A stretch of DNA of 64,000 nt, from the NCBI RefSeq assembly GCF_035084215.1, contig NC_090340.1:4774001-4838000 (forward strand). The letters are read 5' to 3'. The position numbers were made by a program, and so were the translations under genes. The notes under the pieces are model-generated. The model had not been told where the DNA came from. It saw only the letters and a list, made by a program, of their open reading frames with translations, and ran no database searches. Source of the stretch: Heptranchias perlo. Taxonomy: Eukaryota. Shown here one piece after another: positions 1 to 12,423 of this stretch. Positions within the stretch are counted from its first letter, which is position 1, and each line of letters starts with the position of its first letter.

Positions 1-245
1 TTTGTATATTCAGAGACCTTGCAGGTAACACCTGTCTGTCGGCACACTGATTGCCTTGGCAACGGTCAGTTGAAAAAGCTTTCTATAATCATCATGCATT
101 GTTCTGTGATTTATAAATGCGATTTCATTTCGAGGATTTCATTTCCAACAACGTTCACCTGAGGAAGGAGGAAGCCTCCGAAAGCTTGTGAATTTAAAAT
201 AAAATTGCTGGACTATAACTTGGTGTTGTAAAATTGTTTACAATT
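1..245 (+). mobile_element. Penelope-like element pseudo-LTR fragment
   Basis: Contains a minimal hammerhead motif followed by AATAAA and ggactataacttggtgttgt; homologous to 21595-21821. Confidence 0.7.
154..192 (+). ncRNA. Minimal type I hammerhead ribozyme motif (PLE type)
   Basis: ttcac-CTGAGGA-a-ggagg/aag/cctcc-GAAA-gctt-gtgaa: both core boxes, 5-bp stem I, 5-bp stem II, palindromic AAGCTT stem III, CUU site. Confidence 0.75.
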
Positions 246-387
246 AAAGTTCACGCATGTTCTCTGGAGGGAAGCCAGGCACCTGAATTTGCTCCAGAGG
301 CAGCTTCCAATCATCTGCCAATATTTTGCCATCCACATTTTCAGGCAATGTCCACATATCTGGGAATGGAAAGGCAAAGCGAGGTGG

Positions 388-745
388 ACAACAACAACAA
401 CAACAAATTGCAATGACAGTACATTTAACGTAGAAAAAAAGGTTCGAAGACGTTTCACAGAAATGTAATTAGATACAAATCGTCACTGAAAAAAAGCGCT
501 ATTGGGAGGAGTGACGAAAATCGTGGTCAAAGATATGGGCTTTAAAGTTGGTTTTAAAGGAGTGGAGGAAGGTGGGCAAGCGGTGAGGTTTGGGATGTCA
601 TTTCAGTTTTGGAGGAAGAAGAGTTTTTGGAGGGTTCTGTGGCGAGAGAAGGTTACAGAGATAGTGACGGGCGAGACAGTGATGGGATTTGAACACCACG
701 GTTAGAATTTTAAAGTTGAGGTGCTTGGAAACCAAAGACAATGTA
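388..745 (-). mobile_element. L2-like LINE 3' fragment
   Basis: (aac)n tail followed by degenerate L2-type 3' UTR sequence in reverse orientation. Confidence 0.5.
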
Positions 746-1874
746 GGTCAATGAGTTAAATAAGTATCACTTCCGTTCCTCCTATGGAGATGGGCCTCCC
801 GAAAACATCGTCTCGGAGTTGGCGATGGGTTCAGATTCCTTCAGATATCGGTCAGTCTGGCCGAATGTACATTTCAATTCTTCATTTTGTTCCCCTAACT
901 CTGAAACCTAATACTTTACCACCTGATATTCATTTTCAAGATTGTACCTTCCTACAGTGACTTTAAGTAAAGATTCCGAGCAGACCACTCCGGCTGAATA
1001 TTGTTCTACTATCTTATCTTTACGTTCCTGTACATCCTGTTTCTGTCTCTGTTTAACCTTCTGTTTCTGCCCTTTAGCTTGGATTTTGAGTCCGATATTT
1101 TCCTGAATTACAGTGTTTCTGACGGTGCAACTCTCGTATCGCCTAGAATTGACCTTGAATCAAAATAAACTGAACTTTCTTTTTACTTGTATTTCGGTGC
1201 CTGAGATAGCCCTCCAGACACTCAGTGACGGCATCGGTCGAATGTTCCGATCCCTGGAGTTGTTTGACTTGCAGGACCGATCTATGATGTCGACCGAGAT
1301 AATCATCGACATATTCATTTATCTTATCAATTTCTCCCAACTTTAATGACTTACGATTGAGCCCCTGACTGCCAGGGTTGGCCACTCCCAAGTTGACACT
1401 CTTATTAATACCTCAGAGAGACCATAGTTAGCATTGTTAATACTTCATTAAGAAATAAAAAATAATCAGTCATTTTAAGTAAGCGAGTGATTACATCTGT
1501 ATACTTATAAGCAGACAACCTGTTTTATGAACCTAATATAAGCTTGACTTCCTGTGTCTGCAGTAAAAGTTTCCCGCATTCCACTAGAATGCACGAACCA
1601 TTATACCGCTTCTTAAAAAGAACCTTTATAACATTAAATTAAAAAAATATTATAAACTACTGTTAATCATGTTGATTCCTTAAAATCTTACTTTGTTAGT
1701 TCTTAATTAAGTTTGCATTGTGATTAACTATGAGCTATCACAGCTTCCTTATCTCCGGCTTTCCATGTTACAAACGTTGCCTTGCAGGATTCTTCAAAGA
1801 TGTCACCCCTGTGTCAGCAGAAATAAGTTATGTGCCAGTGGCCATCTGTATTAATTGATTTAGGCAAAATTCGT

Positions 1875-2613
1875 TAGGAAGAATGAGGGGAGGCAATGTA
1901 AAGTAAAGGCCACAATTCTAAAAGGGGTTCAGGGACAGAGAGATCTGGGGTTATATGTACACAAATCGTTGAAGGTGGTGGTGCAGGTTGAGAAAGCGGT
2001 TAAAAAAAGCATACCGGATCCTAGACTTTATAAATAGAGGCATAGAGTACTAAAGCAAAAAAGTCAAGATGAGCCTTTATAAAATACTGATTCGGCCACA
2101 ACTGGAGCATTGTGTCCAGTTGTGGGCACCGCACTTTAGGAAATATATGAAGGCCTCAGAGAGTGTGGAGAAGTGATTTACTAGAATGATTCCAGGGATG
2201 AGGGACTTTAGTTACCTGAATAGACTGGAGAAGCTGGGGTTGTTCTCCTTGGAACAGAGAAGGTTGAGCGGAGATTTGACAAACGGATACAAAATCATGA
2301 AGAGTCCAAGCAGAGTAGATGGAAAGAAACTGTTCTCATTGGCTGAAGGGTAAGGAGGCAGAGGACATAGATTTAAGGTGATTGGCAAAAGAACCAAAGG
2401 TAAGAATGAGGAAAAACTTTTTCACACAGCGAGCGGTTACGATCTGGAATGCACTGCCAGAGGGGGTGGTGGAAGTAGATTCAATCATGGCTTTCGAAAG
2501 GGTACTGGATAAGTACTCGTAAGCAAATAATTTTCGCTCTTGCATCGATCCAGCATGAATTCGTTGGGACGAAAGACCTCCTTCCGTGATATAACCTTTC
2601 AATGATTCAATGA
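1875..2613 (+). mobile_element. CR1 LINE 3' fragment (degenerate RT C-terminus and tail)
   Basis: RPQLEHCVQLWAPHF and FFTQRAVTIWN-type CR1 ORF2 motifs with stops; tandem-repeat 3' end. Confidence 0.85.
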
Positions 2614-2719
2614 TTAGAACCATAGAACCATAGAACCAAAGAAAAGATACAACACGGAAGGGGACATTCGGGCTATCATGTCCATGCCGGCTCGAAGAAC
2701 AACCAGGTGCCCAACCAGC

Positions 2720-4212
2720 CTTGTGCTCCAGAACTAGCCGCGCCTCTAGCCAAGCTGTTACAGTACAGCTACAACACTGGCATCTACCCGACAATGTTGA
2801 AATTAGCCCAGATATGTCCTGTCCTCCAAAAAACGGGACAAAACCAATCTGGCCAATTACCGCCCCATCAGTCTACTCTCGATCATCAGCAAAGTGATGG
2901 AACGTGTCGTCGACAGTGATCTCGAGCGGCACTTACTCACCAATAACCTGCTCACCGATGCTCAGTTTGGGTTCTGCAAGGACCACTCAGCTCCAGAACT
3001 CATTACAGCCTTGGTCCAAACATGGACAAAAGAACTGAGTTCCAGAGGTGAGGTCAGAGTGAATGCCCTTAACATCAAGGCAGCATTTGACCGAGTGTGC
3101 CACCAAGGAGCCCTAGTAAAACTGAAGTCAATGAGATTCAGGGGGACAACTCACCAGTGGTTGGAGTCATACCTAGCAAAAAGGAAGATGGTAGTGGTTG
3201 TTGGTGGCCAAGCATCTCAGCCCCAGGACATTGCTGCAGGGGTTCCTCAAGGCAGTGTCTTAGGCCCAACCATCTTCAGCTGCTTCATAATGACCTTCCC
3301 TCCATCATAATGTCAGAAATGGGGATGTTCGCTGATGATTGCACAGTGTTCAGTTCCATTCGCAACCCCTCAGATAATGAAGCAGTCCGAGCCCGGATGC
3401 AGCAAGACCTCGACAACATCCAGGCTTGGGCTCATAAGTGGCAAGTAACATTCGCTCCAGACAAGTGCCAGACAATGACTACCTCCAAAGAGAGACAGAG
3501 TCTAACCACCTCCACTTGACATTCAATGGCATTACCATCGCCGAATCCCCCACCATCAACATCCTGGGGGTCACCATTGACCAGAAACTTAACTGGACCA
3601 GCCATATAAACACTGTGGCTACAAGAGCAGGCCAGAGGCTGGGTATTCTGCGGCGAGTGGCTCACCTCCTGATTCCCAAATTCTTTCCACCATCTACAAG
3701 GCACAAGTCAGGAGTGTGATGGAATACTCTCCACTTGCCTGGAAGAGTGCAGCTCCAACAACACTCAAGAAACGTGACACCATCCAGGACAAAGTCGCCC
3801 GCTTGATTGGCACCCCATCCACCACTCTACACGGCGCACAGTGGCTGCAGTGTGTGCCATCCACAGGATGCACTGCAGCAATTCGCCAAGGCTTCTTCGA
3901 CAGCACCTCCCAAACTCGCGACCTCTACCACCTAGAAGAACAAGAACAGCAGGTACATGGGAACAACACCACCTGCACGTTCCCCTCCAAGTTACACACT
4001 ATCCCGGCTTGGAAATATATCGCCGTTCCTTCATCATCGCTGGGTGAAAATCCTGGAACTCCCTTCCTAACAGCACTGTGGAAAAACCTTCACCACACGG
4101 ACTGCAGCGTTTCAAGAAGGAGGCTCACCTCCACCTTCTCATGGGCAATTAGGGATGGGCCATAAATGCTGGCCTCGCCAGCGACGCCCACATCCCATGA
4201 ACGAATAAATAA
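2720..4212 (+). mobile_element. CR1/L2-group LINE 'family A', 5'-truncated and frameshifted
   Basis: RT motifs GVPQGSVLGPTIF and FADD split over several ORFs; 3' tail gggcaattagggatggg...cccacatcccatgaacgaataaa. Confidence 0.9.
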
Positions 4213-4215
4213 AAC

Positions 4216-5420
4216 TGTGGTGCACTTGGATTTTCAGAAGGCTTTTGATAAGGTCCCACACAAAAGGTTAGCGTTCAAAACTAAAGCACATTGGATTGGG
4301 AGGAATATACTGGCATGGATTGAGAATTGGTTGACAGACAGGAAACAGAGAGTAGGAATAAACGGGTCTTTTTCCGGGTGGCAAACAGTGACTAGTTGGG
4401 TACCGCAGGGATTAGTGCTTGGGCCCCAGCTATTCACAATATACATCAATGATTTGGATGAGGGAACTTAAGGTAACATTTCCAAGTTTGCCGACAACAC
4501 AAAGCTCGGTTGGAATGTGAGCTGTGAGGAGGATGCAAAGAGGCTCCAATGTGATTTGGACAAGTTGGGTGAGTGGGCAAGAACATAGCAGCTGCAGTAT
4601 AACGTGGAGAAATGTGAGGTTATCCGCTTTGGTTGTAAAAACAGAAAGACAGATTATTATCTGAATCGTGATAGATTGGGAAAAGGTGAGGTGGAACGAG
4701 ACCTGGGTGTTCTTGTACACCAGTCGCTGAAAGCGAGCATTCAGGTGCAGCAAGCAGTTAGGAAGGCGAATGGTATTTTGACGTTCATTGCAAGAGGATT
4801 TGAGTACATGAACAGGGATTTTTTACTGAAGTTGCACAGGGCCTTGGTGAGACCACATCTGGAGTATTGTGTTCAGTTTTGGTCTCCTTATCTGAGGAAG
4901 GATGTCCTTGCCATGGAGGGAGTGCAACGAAGGTTTACCGGACTGATGCCTGGGATGGCAGGATTGACGTATGAGGAGAGATTGGGTCGACTAGGCCTAT
5001 ATTCACTAAAATTTAGAAGAATGAGAGTTGATCTCATCGAAACATATAAAATTCAAACAGGACTAGACAGACTAGATGCAGGGAGGATGTTCCCGATGGC
5101 TGGGGAATCCACAACCAGGGGTCACAGTCTCAGGATACAGGGTATGACATTTAGAACCGAAATGACGAGAAATTTCTTTACTCAGAGGGTGGTGAACCTT
5201 TGGAATTCTGCACCACAGAAGGCAGTGGAGGCCAAATCATTAAATATATTTAAGGAGGAGATAGATATATTTCTTAATGCTAAAGGGATCAAGGGATACT
5301 GGGAAAAAGTGGGAACAGAGTACTGAGTTAGACGATCATCCATTACCATTTGGAATGGCAGAGCAGGCCGAAGGGCCGAATGACCTACTCTTGCTCCTAT
5401 TTTCGATGATTCTCTGATTC
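4216..5420 (+). mobile_element. CR1 LINE (HER1-like) RT and 3' tail
   Basis: ORFs 4166-4471 and 4604-5326 carry [12 protein letters not shown] and RPHLEYCVQFWSP; tail gcaggccgaagggccgaatgacctactcttgctcc. Confidence 0.9.
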
Positions 5421-6049
5421 TGTGGGCCCGAACACCCAACATTCCCGATAAGGGCCGCAATACCCTGCATTGCTGATAAGGCCTCCAATCACCCTGCATT
5501 ACTGATGCTGCTTTTTGAATCAAACCCTGAATAGAAGCGATGTCGGTCGTGTTTTTCCTATGTACCGTGACACATTCCCGTTAAAGTGACCATTTTAAAT
5601 TGGCCTGACCTTTATACAATAGCTACAAATACAACAACTAGCAGCCTGCTCCGTCAGAGACTGGAAATGGAGACAAAGGAAGAAACGCAATATATCGGAA
5701 CGTTCGAGAGGGAACTGAAACATAATGGTAGGCAGGTCGCAGGTGATATTTCTGTTTTGCTGATTCGTCTGATCTCAACCGGAACAGCGCCAAGGCTTCT
5801 GCAATTGGTCTTGGAGTCCCTGGGATAGGCAAGACAACGATCAGCACGCATCCTTTTTCCTGATTGTGTCTACTGATAAGCGTATATGGATAAATATGGG
5901 TGAGGTCAGGGTTCGCTCGTCTGTGATATCTAAAGAGTCCTTGTTCCAGTGACCCTCTCTGTCTGTGCTCACCCATAAATAATGGCCATTTGGTAAAGTA
6001 CCAGAAGATTGCCAGCGCCTGTGAAACCGAACTTCAGCAAGAGGTGGTA

Positions 6050-6190
6050 GAAAGAACACACAGATACAAACTTTGTCTCTCATACAAACACACACAAACT
6101 CTCTCTCTCAAACACGCACACTCCCACACACATACACACACACACAAAATCACCCACACACACATGGAAACACACAGATACACACTCTCA
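6050..6190. repeat. Degenerate (CA)n/(CT)n microsatellite
   Basis: Visible CA/CT runs. Confidence 0.8.
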
Positions 6191-6459
6191 CAAGTAATCC
6201 TGGCCTGTTCGACATTATTTAATCTGTTCTTAAATAGAAAAAAAAGCACTTTAAAAGACCAATTCTTCCTGACAGTCAAATCAGCATACAGACATTTCAA
6301 ACAGAATAAGGTGGCTCCGGTTCCCCTGGTACCTGTGCAGTGGGTGACTGCATACGTTGGGTGATTATGTTCAGAAAGGTAAACTATTGATTCTATAAAC
6401 ACTGAAATCGGGTTGTATCCTCAAAATTATACACAATTGTCCAGTAATTCCTCGGTATA

Positions 6460-6630
6460 TGAGAGATGGGCATGTGTGTAAAATACTTAGCGCAAGATGG
6501 CTGTGGGTCTATAACAGTAAATTATAAATTGGTGTGTCTGTAACAGTGAATGGAAGATGGCTGTGGGTGTGTAACAGTTAGTGAGAGATGGGTGTAAAAC
6601 AGTTGGGCGTGGGCGTGGAACAGGGAGTGA
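6460..6630. repeat. Degenerate ~30-bp minisatellite (agatggctgtgggtgtgtaacagt..)
   Basis: About five imperfect units are visible. Confidence 0.6.
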
Positions 6631-6839
6631 CATTTTCACTCTCTGATAGTTTTATTTTTTTTTGCTGTGAATACTTCGATGGATAAGAAAGTGGAGGAGG
6701 AGCAGCCAATGCCAAAGGAAACAATCCGTCCAGACAAAAGAAGGTTTCTATCTGAGATGGAAAGTCGCCTTATATGTTGTTTTTTTTTTCTCAACGATTA
6801 TATTTCAGCGCCGATGGCCTGACTCAAGAAATGAATGTC

Positions 6840-6961
6840 TTACCCATAAAATGAGTCTGATTTCAAATGGTCCACAATGAGGGTGGTCCCCATCAGAATC
6901 ACCGCTGAACCCAACAGGAAACGACACGACCTGATAGTTTGGAATAGGTCACTGGAGCCAG
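6840..6961 (-). pseudogene. Orphan terminal TM exon of an activating-type (Arg-in-TM) Ig receptor, copy A
   Basis: Reads PGSSDLFQTIRSCRFLLGSAVILMGTTLIVDHLKSDSFYG*. Gap-free paralog at 47892-48013 has the same stop position. The acceptor here is AC instead of AG. Confidence 0.55.
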
Positions 6962-7369
6962 GTCGGTAGCAACAGGATAGAAATTTAAACAAGCATGATG
7001 AGAAAATGCAGAGAGTGAGCAAGTGATAGAGAGAGAGTTAACTGAAGATAGTGAGTTTGTTGGATACAAGGGCTGTGCGTTTAAAGGTTTATTTCGAAGG
7101 AGCTTCAGTTTCAGTGAGATTAGATCACAGGCATTAACGGACCACCGAAACTGATCTACAAATAAACAGATTCAACACCGTGACCGCTCAGTTCTTTGCT
7201 AAGAGCACCCAGCCTCTCTGCAAATTAAACGCTCCCTCAGCCATCAACTAGTCTGAGAACACGTAACGGCATCACCTCTGTGCGGTGTCCTGATAGTAAA
7301 CCATTTTAGCCCGTCAATCCCAGAACAACCAATATCCTTATAGCCATCATCACTGATATCACCTCCTGT

Positions 7370-9640
7370 CTAACTCAGCCTTTAAAATATTCAATGACCC
7401 TGCCTCCACTACTGTCTGGGGAAGGGAGTTCCACAGACTCACAACCATCTGAGAGAAAAAATTTCTCCTAATCTCCATCTAAAATGGGAGACCCCTTATT
7501 TTTAAATTATGTCCCCTAGTTCTAGTTTCTCCCGCAAGGAGTAACATCCTTTCAGGGTCTACCCCTTCACGTCCCCTCAAGATCTTAAATGTTTCAATAA
7601 GATACCCTCTCATTCTTCTAAACTTAAATGAAGACAATCCCAACTTCTCCAACCTTTCCTCGTAAGATAACCCCCTCAAGCCAGGAATCAGTTCAGAGAA
7701 CCTTCTCTGAACCGCCTCCAAAGCAATTATGTCATTTCTTAAATAAGGAGACCATAACTACACACAGTATTCCAGATGTGGTCTCACCAATGTCCTGTAC
7801 AACTGTAGCAAAACAGCTCTACTTTTATATTCCGTTCCCCTTGCAATAAATTACAACATTTCATTGCCTTCCGAATCGCTTGCTGTACCTGCATACTAAC
7901 ATTTTGTGATTCATGCACTAGGACACCCACATCCCTATGTACCTCAGAGTTCTGTAATCTCTCTCCATTTAAGCAATATACTGCTTTTATATTCCTCCTG
8001 CCAAAGTGAACAAGTTCACATTTTCCCACATTATACTCCATCTGCCAATGTTTTGCCCACTCACTTAACCTATCCATATCCCTTTGCAGACTCATTATGT
8101 CCTCTTCACAAGTTACTTTCCTACCTACCTTTTTATCATCAGCAAATTTAGCAACCATACATTCGGTCCCTTCATCCAAGTCATTGATATAGATCGCAAA
8201 TAGTTGAGGCCCAGCACTGATCCCTGTGGCACTCCACTCGTTACATCTTGCCAACCTGAAAATTACCCATTTATGCCTACTCTCTGTTTCCTGTTAGCTA
8301 ACCAATCCTTTATCCATGCTAATATCTTACCCCCTACACCATGAGCTTTTATCTTGTGTAGTAACATTTGATGTGGCACCTTGTCAAATGCCTTTTGGAA
8401 ATCCAACTATAACAAACCCCGAGGATCCCCTTTATCCACGTTGCTTGTTACTTCCTCAAAGAACTGTAGTAAATTAATCAAACACGATTACCATTTCACA
8501 AAGCCGTCTTGACTCTGCCTGATTGCATTGAGATTTTCTAAGTGCCCTGCTATAACCTCCTTCATAATAGATTCTAGCATTTCCCAATGACAGATGTTAA
8601 GCTAACTGGCCTGTAGTTTCCTGCTTTCTGTCTCCCACCGTTCTTGAATAGAGGAGTTACATTCGCTATTTTCCAATCTGATAGGACCTTTCCAGAATCT
8701 AGGGAATTTTAGAAAATTAATACCAATGCATCTACTATCTCTGCAGCCATTTCTATTAAGACCCTGGGATGAAGTCCGTCAGGACCTGCGGACTTGTCAG
8801 CTTTCAGTTCGAATAATTTTAAGTTCCTCCCTCCCTTTCATCTCATGATTCACAATTATTTCTGGCATGTTATTTGATCCTCTACGGTGAAAATGGACTT
8901 ACAATATCTGTTCAATTCATCCGCCATTTCCTTCATCTCCATTATTAATTCCCCAGACTCACTCTGTAGAGGACCAATGCTCATTTAACTTAATCTTTTC
9001 CATTTTAAGTACCTGTGGAAATTCTTACTATCTCTCTTTATATTTCTGGATAGCTTTCTCTTATACTCTAATTTCTCCCTCCTTATTATTCTTTTAGTCA
9101 TTCTTTGTTGTTTGTTTTATTTCCTGACCAATCTTCTTACCTGCAAATAATCTTCGTGGAGTTGGATGCTTATTCTTTAAATTTGATGCTGTCTTTAACT
9201 TCCTTAATTAACCAGGGATGGTCCGTCTTTCCCCCGGAGTCTTTCTTTCTCACTGGCATGTATCTTTGCTGAGTGTTATAAAATATCTCATTAAATGTCT
9301 GCCACTGCATCTCCACTGACCTATCCCTTAACCTAATTTCCCAGTCCACTTTAGCCAGCTCTGTCTTCATGCCCTCATAATTGCCATTATTTAAGTTTAA
9401 AACACTGGTCTTGGACCTACTCTTCTCTCCCTCAAACTGAATGTGCAATTCAATCATATTGTGATCACTGCTACCTGGAGGCTCCTTTACAATGAGGTAA
9501 TTAATTTATCCTCTCTCATTGCACATTACCAGATATAGAATAGCCTGCTCTCTGGTCGGCTCTGGAACGTGCTGCTCTAAGAAACTGTCCAAAAGCACTC
9601 TACGAACTCACCTTCCAGGCTACCTTTGCCAATCAGATGT
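7370..9640 (-). mobile_element. CR1 LINE ORF2 fragment (endonuclease end through RT)
   Basis: Minus-strand ORFs 7479-7721, 7784-8254 and 9170-9457 carry CR1 ORF2 motifs (FADD, WQMEYNVGKC). Confidence 0.9.
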
Positions 9641-10820
9641 CATGCTTTGTTCCACCCTTCTCACCTCTCCTTTGAAACTGTTCTTCTCTACCACTCACCC
9701 AAGACTTAACCTCGAGTTTCAAACTGAAGTATCCTCCCTCCTTACCTGCCTCGCCGTCTGCACTGAGCGACTGCTCTTCCTGCTGATTTCAAACTCCATC
9801 TTAACTCACCTTGCCCTCTACCCTGTGACTTCACTGCCCTCCTCTCCTCTCTGAAACTTGCCCTTAATAAACTGTCCTATCCGTATTCACGGCCATCCCC
9901 TCGACCTTGCCATTTCACGTGGCCTCCTTAGTCCCAATGTCTCAATGACAAACAAGGCCAATTCTGATCATTTCCTTATATCCCTCATCTCTCGTCCCCC
10001 GCGCCGCCCCACCCCCGAACCCCACTTCCTTCTGTGTCTATCTGCGTAAAAAAAAAACTCTCCCCAAGTCACTTTCAACGGCACATTCAAATTCCCAACT
10101 GCCGAGCCTTTGGCCCTCCATTTGCCACGATACCTCTGATGCTCTCAATCACCCACACATCTCCGTCTTTGACACCTTTTTCCGCAATAAAACCCTTACT
10201 TTTTACATCCTGTTAATTCCCCGGGTACGGCCCTCAACATCGCTACGTCAAGACAAAAGGGTTCTGACTTCAACGTTTCTGGTGGACAATTTGTTTCGCC
10301 ATTCATAATCAGATCTGGCTGGAATACATCAAGCACTATTGTGCACTGCTCTCCTGTGCCAAATCTGCTCACTACTTCTAGACCATTCAAGAATGGAAAT
10401 AGAACCGTCTCTTCTCTTCTCCACTATCGACCATCTCCATGAACCAATCTTTCCTGCCCCCAAAACACCTTCGTTTCCAACAAGTGTAAGGAACTCATGG
10501 CCTTTTTGGTCAGTGAGAATGAGACTGTGCATTTTGCTGCCTCTGCTGTATCCCTCCCTTCCCAGAACTCACCAAGTCAACTTTCCCACAGGTTTCCCCC
10601 TACCCTAGCCCTGAACCGACGTCTTTCTCTAGTTTATATCCTATCTCCCCTCATGACATCTCCAAGCTCATCTTATCTATGAGACCCACCTCCTGCTCTC
10701 TCGACCCTATTCCCGTTAAACAGGTGACCACCCAACTTCCTTTCCTGAGCTTCATGCTAGATGAAATTCTATATTGTTCATTTTTCTGTGGTACTGTGCG
10801 CCCTCGCTTTCAAAACTGCA
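9640..10820 (+). mobile_element. Degenerate L2 LINE ORF2 fragment
   Basis: GHPLDLAI and SDHFL endonuclease motifs plus the PTSCSLDPIP motif typical of L2 ORF2. Confidence 0.75.
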
Positions 10821-12423
10821 TTCAGTCTGAATTGTTCCAATTTACCGAGGTATCTATGGTTTTATTGTGTCCTGGGTGTCCTGACTATCTTCTCACCTCC
10901 TGACAAACTCTGAATCCAGTCATGAGCACCAAGAAGTCGAACCTTCTAAAAAGTTACCAAACGGGGACTAAACCTTGAGAAACATGTTTTATCATTATGT
11001 TTAGATTCAATTTCATAACTTCTATTAATGTGGCTGGTGTCCAAAGACCCCATCAATTTCAACCACCAAGTTCTGTTGAATGTCAGGGGTATTCTCTCCA
11101 GTCGGTGTGTACCTGCCTTGGTACAAAGGGACTTGTGTAATCAAAAATGCAATTTTCTGCCGATTTTCCCCTCCAGAACGCCGGGATTTTGGGTCAATTG
11201 TAGCGAACGATCCAAGCTCAGGTCAGCCAACTCAGAACAGAGCAGGGTTCGAACCTGCGAACTTCAGCTCTTTGTGGTCCAGTACTTCACCGCGTGATGA
11301 ATGGGGACAGAGCGAAAAAGCCAGATACAGACCGCATTCACGACACCTGCACATGCGTATCTGCAACAGTTTGGCCGGCGATGCGATCGGTGAAGCGCTG
11401 TTGCAATTAGAAACTTTTCACGTAATTCAAAATCGGTCCATTTTCCCGCGGTCAGCAATGAGGTCTGGGTCATTGTAAATTTCAGCGTATTGTCATATCT
11501 ACGTACACAAACATCTGTCATAAAAGTGAACCGGTTCATTGAGGCTGCTGCATCAGATAACTTCTGGAGCGCCTGACTGTAACACTCAGTCCCAGATTAT
11601 CTTCAACATCTCTCGATGTTCTGAACTCTTCAGTGTCTCCCGCTGACTTACAGCAAACGAGTGATCGATTTCATCTCTGTTGCTCACAATGTCTATACGT
11701 GATGTGTTGCGATACCTCTCAGCTCTGGCCATTATTTGCAAAGCTTTATTTATATATACCTATCTGTTAAGTACGAAAATGTGAATAATAAGTCCATTAG
11801 CATTGTGGAGGTAGCTTATGTTCAATGTTTATTGTAATTTTCACATTTCCTTTCGTTCTACTTCTGCCGCATTATTTCCTCCCTTTTAATCCCGACGATC
11901 ACGATCCCTGACTATAACCTGTGCTTGTGTTAATTTCTGACAGTTTGTAATGGGCGGAGAGCCGGCCAGGACGGGATTTTGGATTCGTGTGCAGACAAAA
12001 GGAAAACATTTATGCCATTCAAGATAGGATCTGCCGAGTTTCCCCTGATGAATGTAGGTTTCCACGACTCTGGAGTCTATTATTGCAGCCTGAGAGATTG
12101 GAGAGGAAAGATTTCGAGCAGGAATGGGACTGACCTTGTGTATGATGAGTATCGCTGAGGGTTAATGGACCTTCGTAAAATTCTATGAGGATAGATTAGA
12201 GAATATTTAACAAAGATCAGCAATGATGCGCTTTATGACAGGACGTTTGATGTTTCTCTCAGTTCGGTTCGGTGCGGCTCCTTTCCCCCTATTTGCAGTG
12301 AATCCTGTCAGTTCACACAGAGCAGCACCGAGGCAGTGGAATTCAGATTGTCTCACTTCAGTCAATCGTTGTTCTCTTATCCCGTATCATTTATATAAAC
12401 CTGTTTTTAACTTTTCTCATTAA

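Noticed and set aside
1078-1410. Short ORFs and splice-like sites on both strands (e.g. ORF 1143-1391)
   Set aside because: No recognisable domain, no consistent exon chain and no paralogous support.
11235-11300. GGTTCGAACC B-box-like motif as a tRNA gene
   Set aside because: No cloverleaf or A box could be built; at most a SINE relic.
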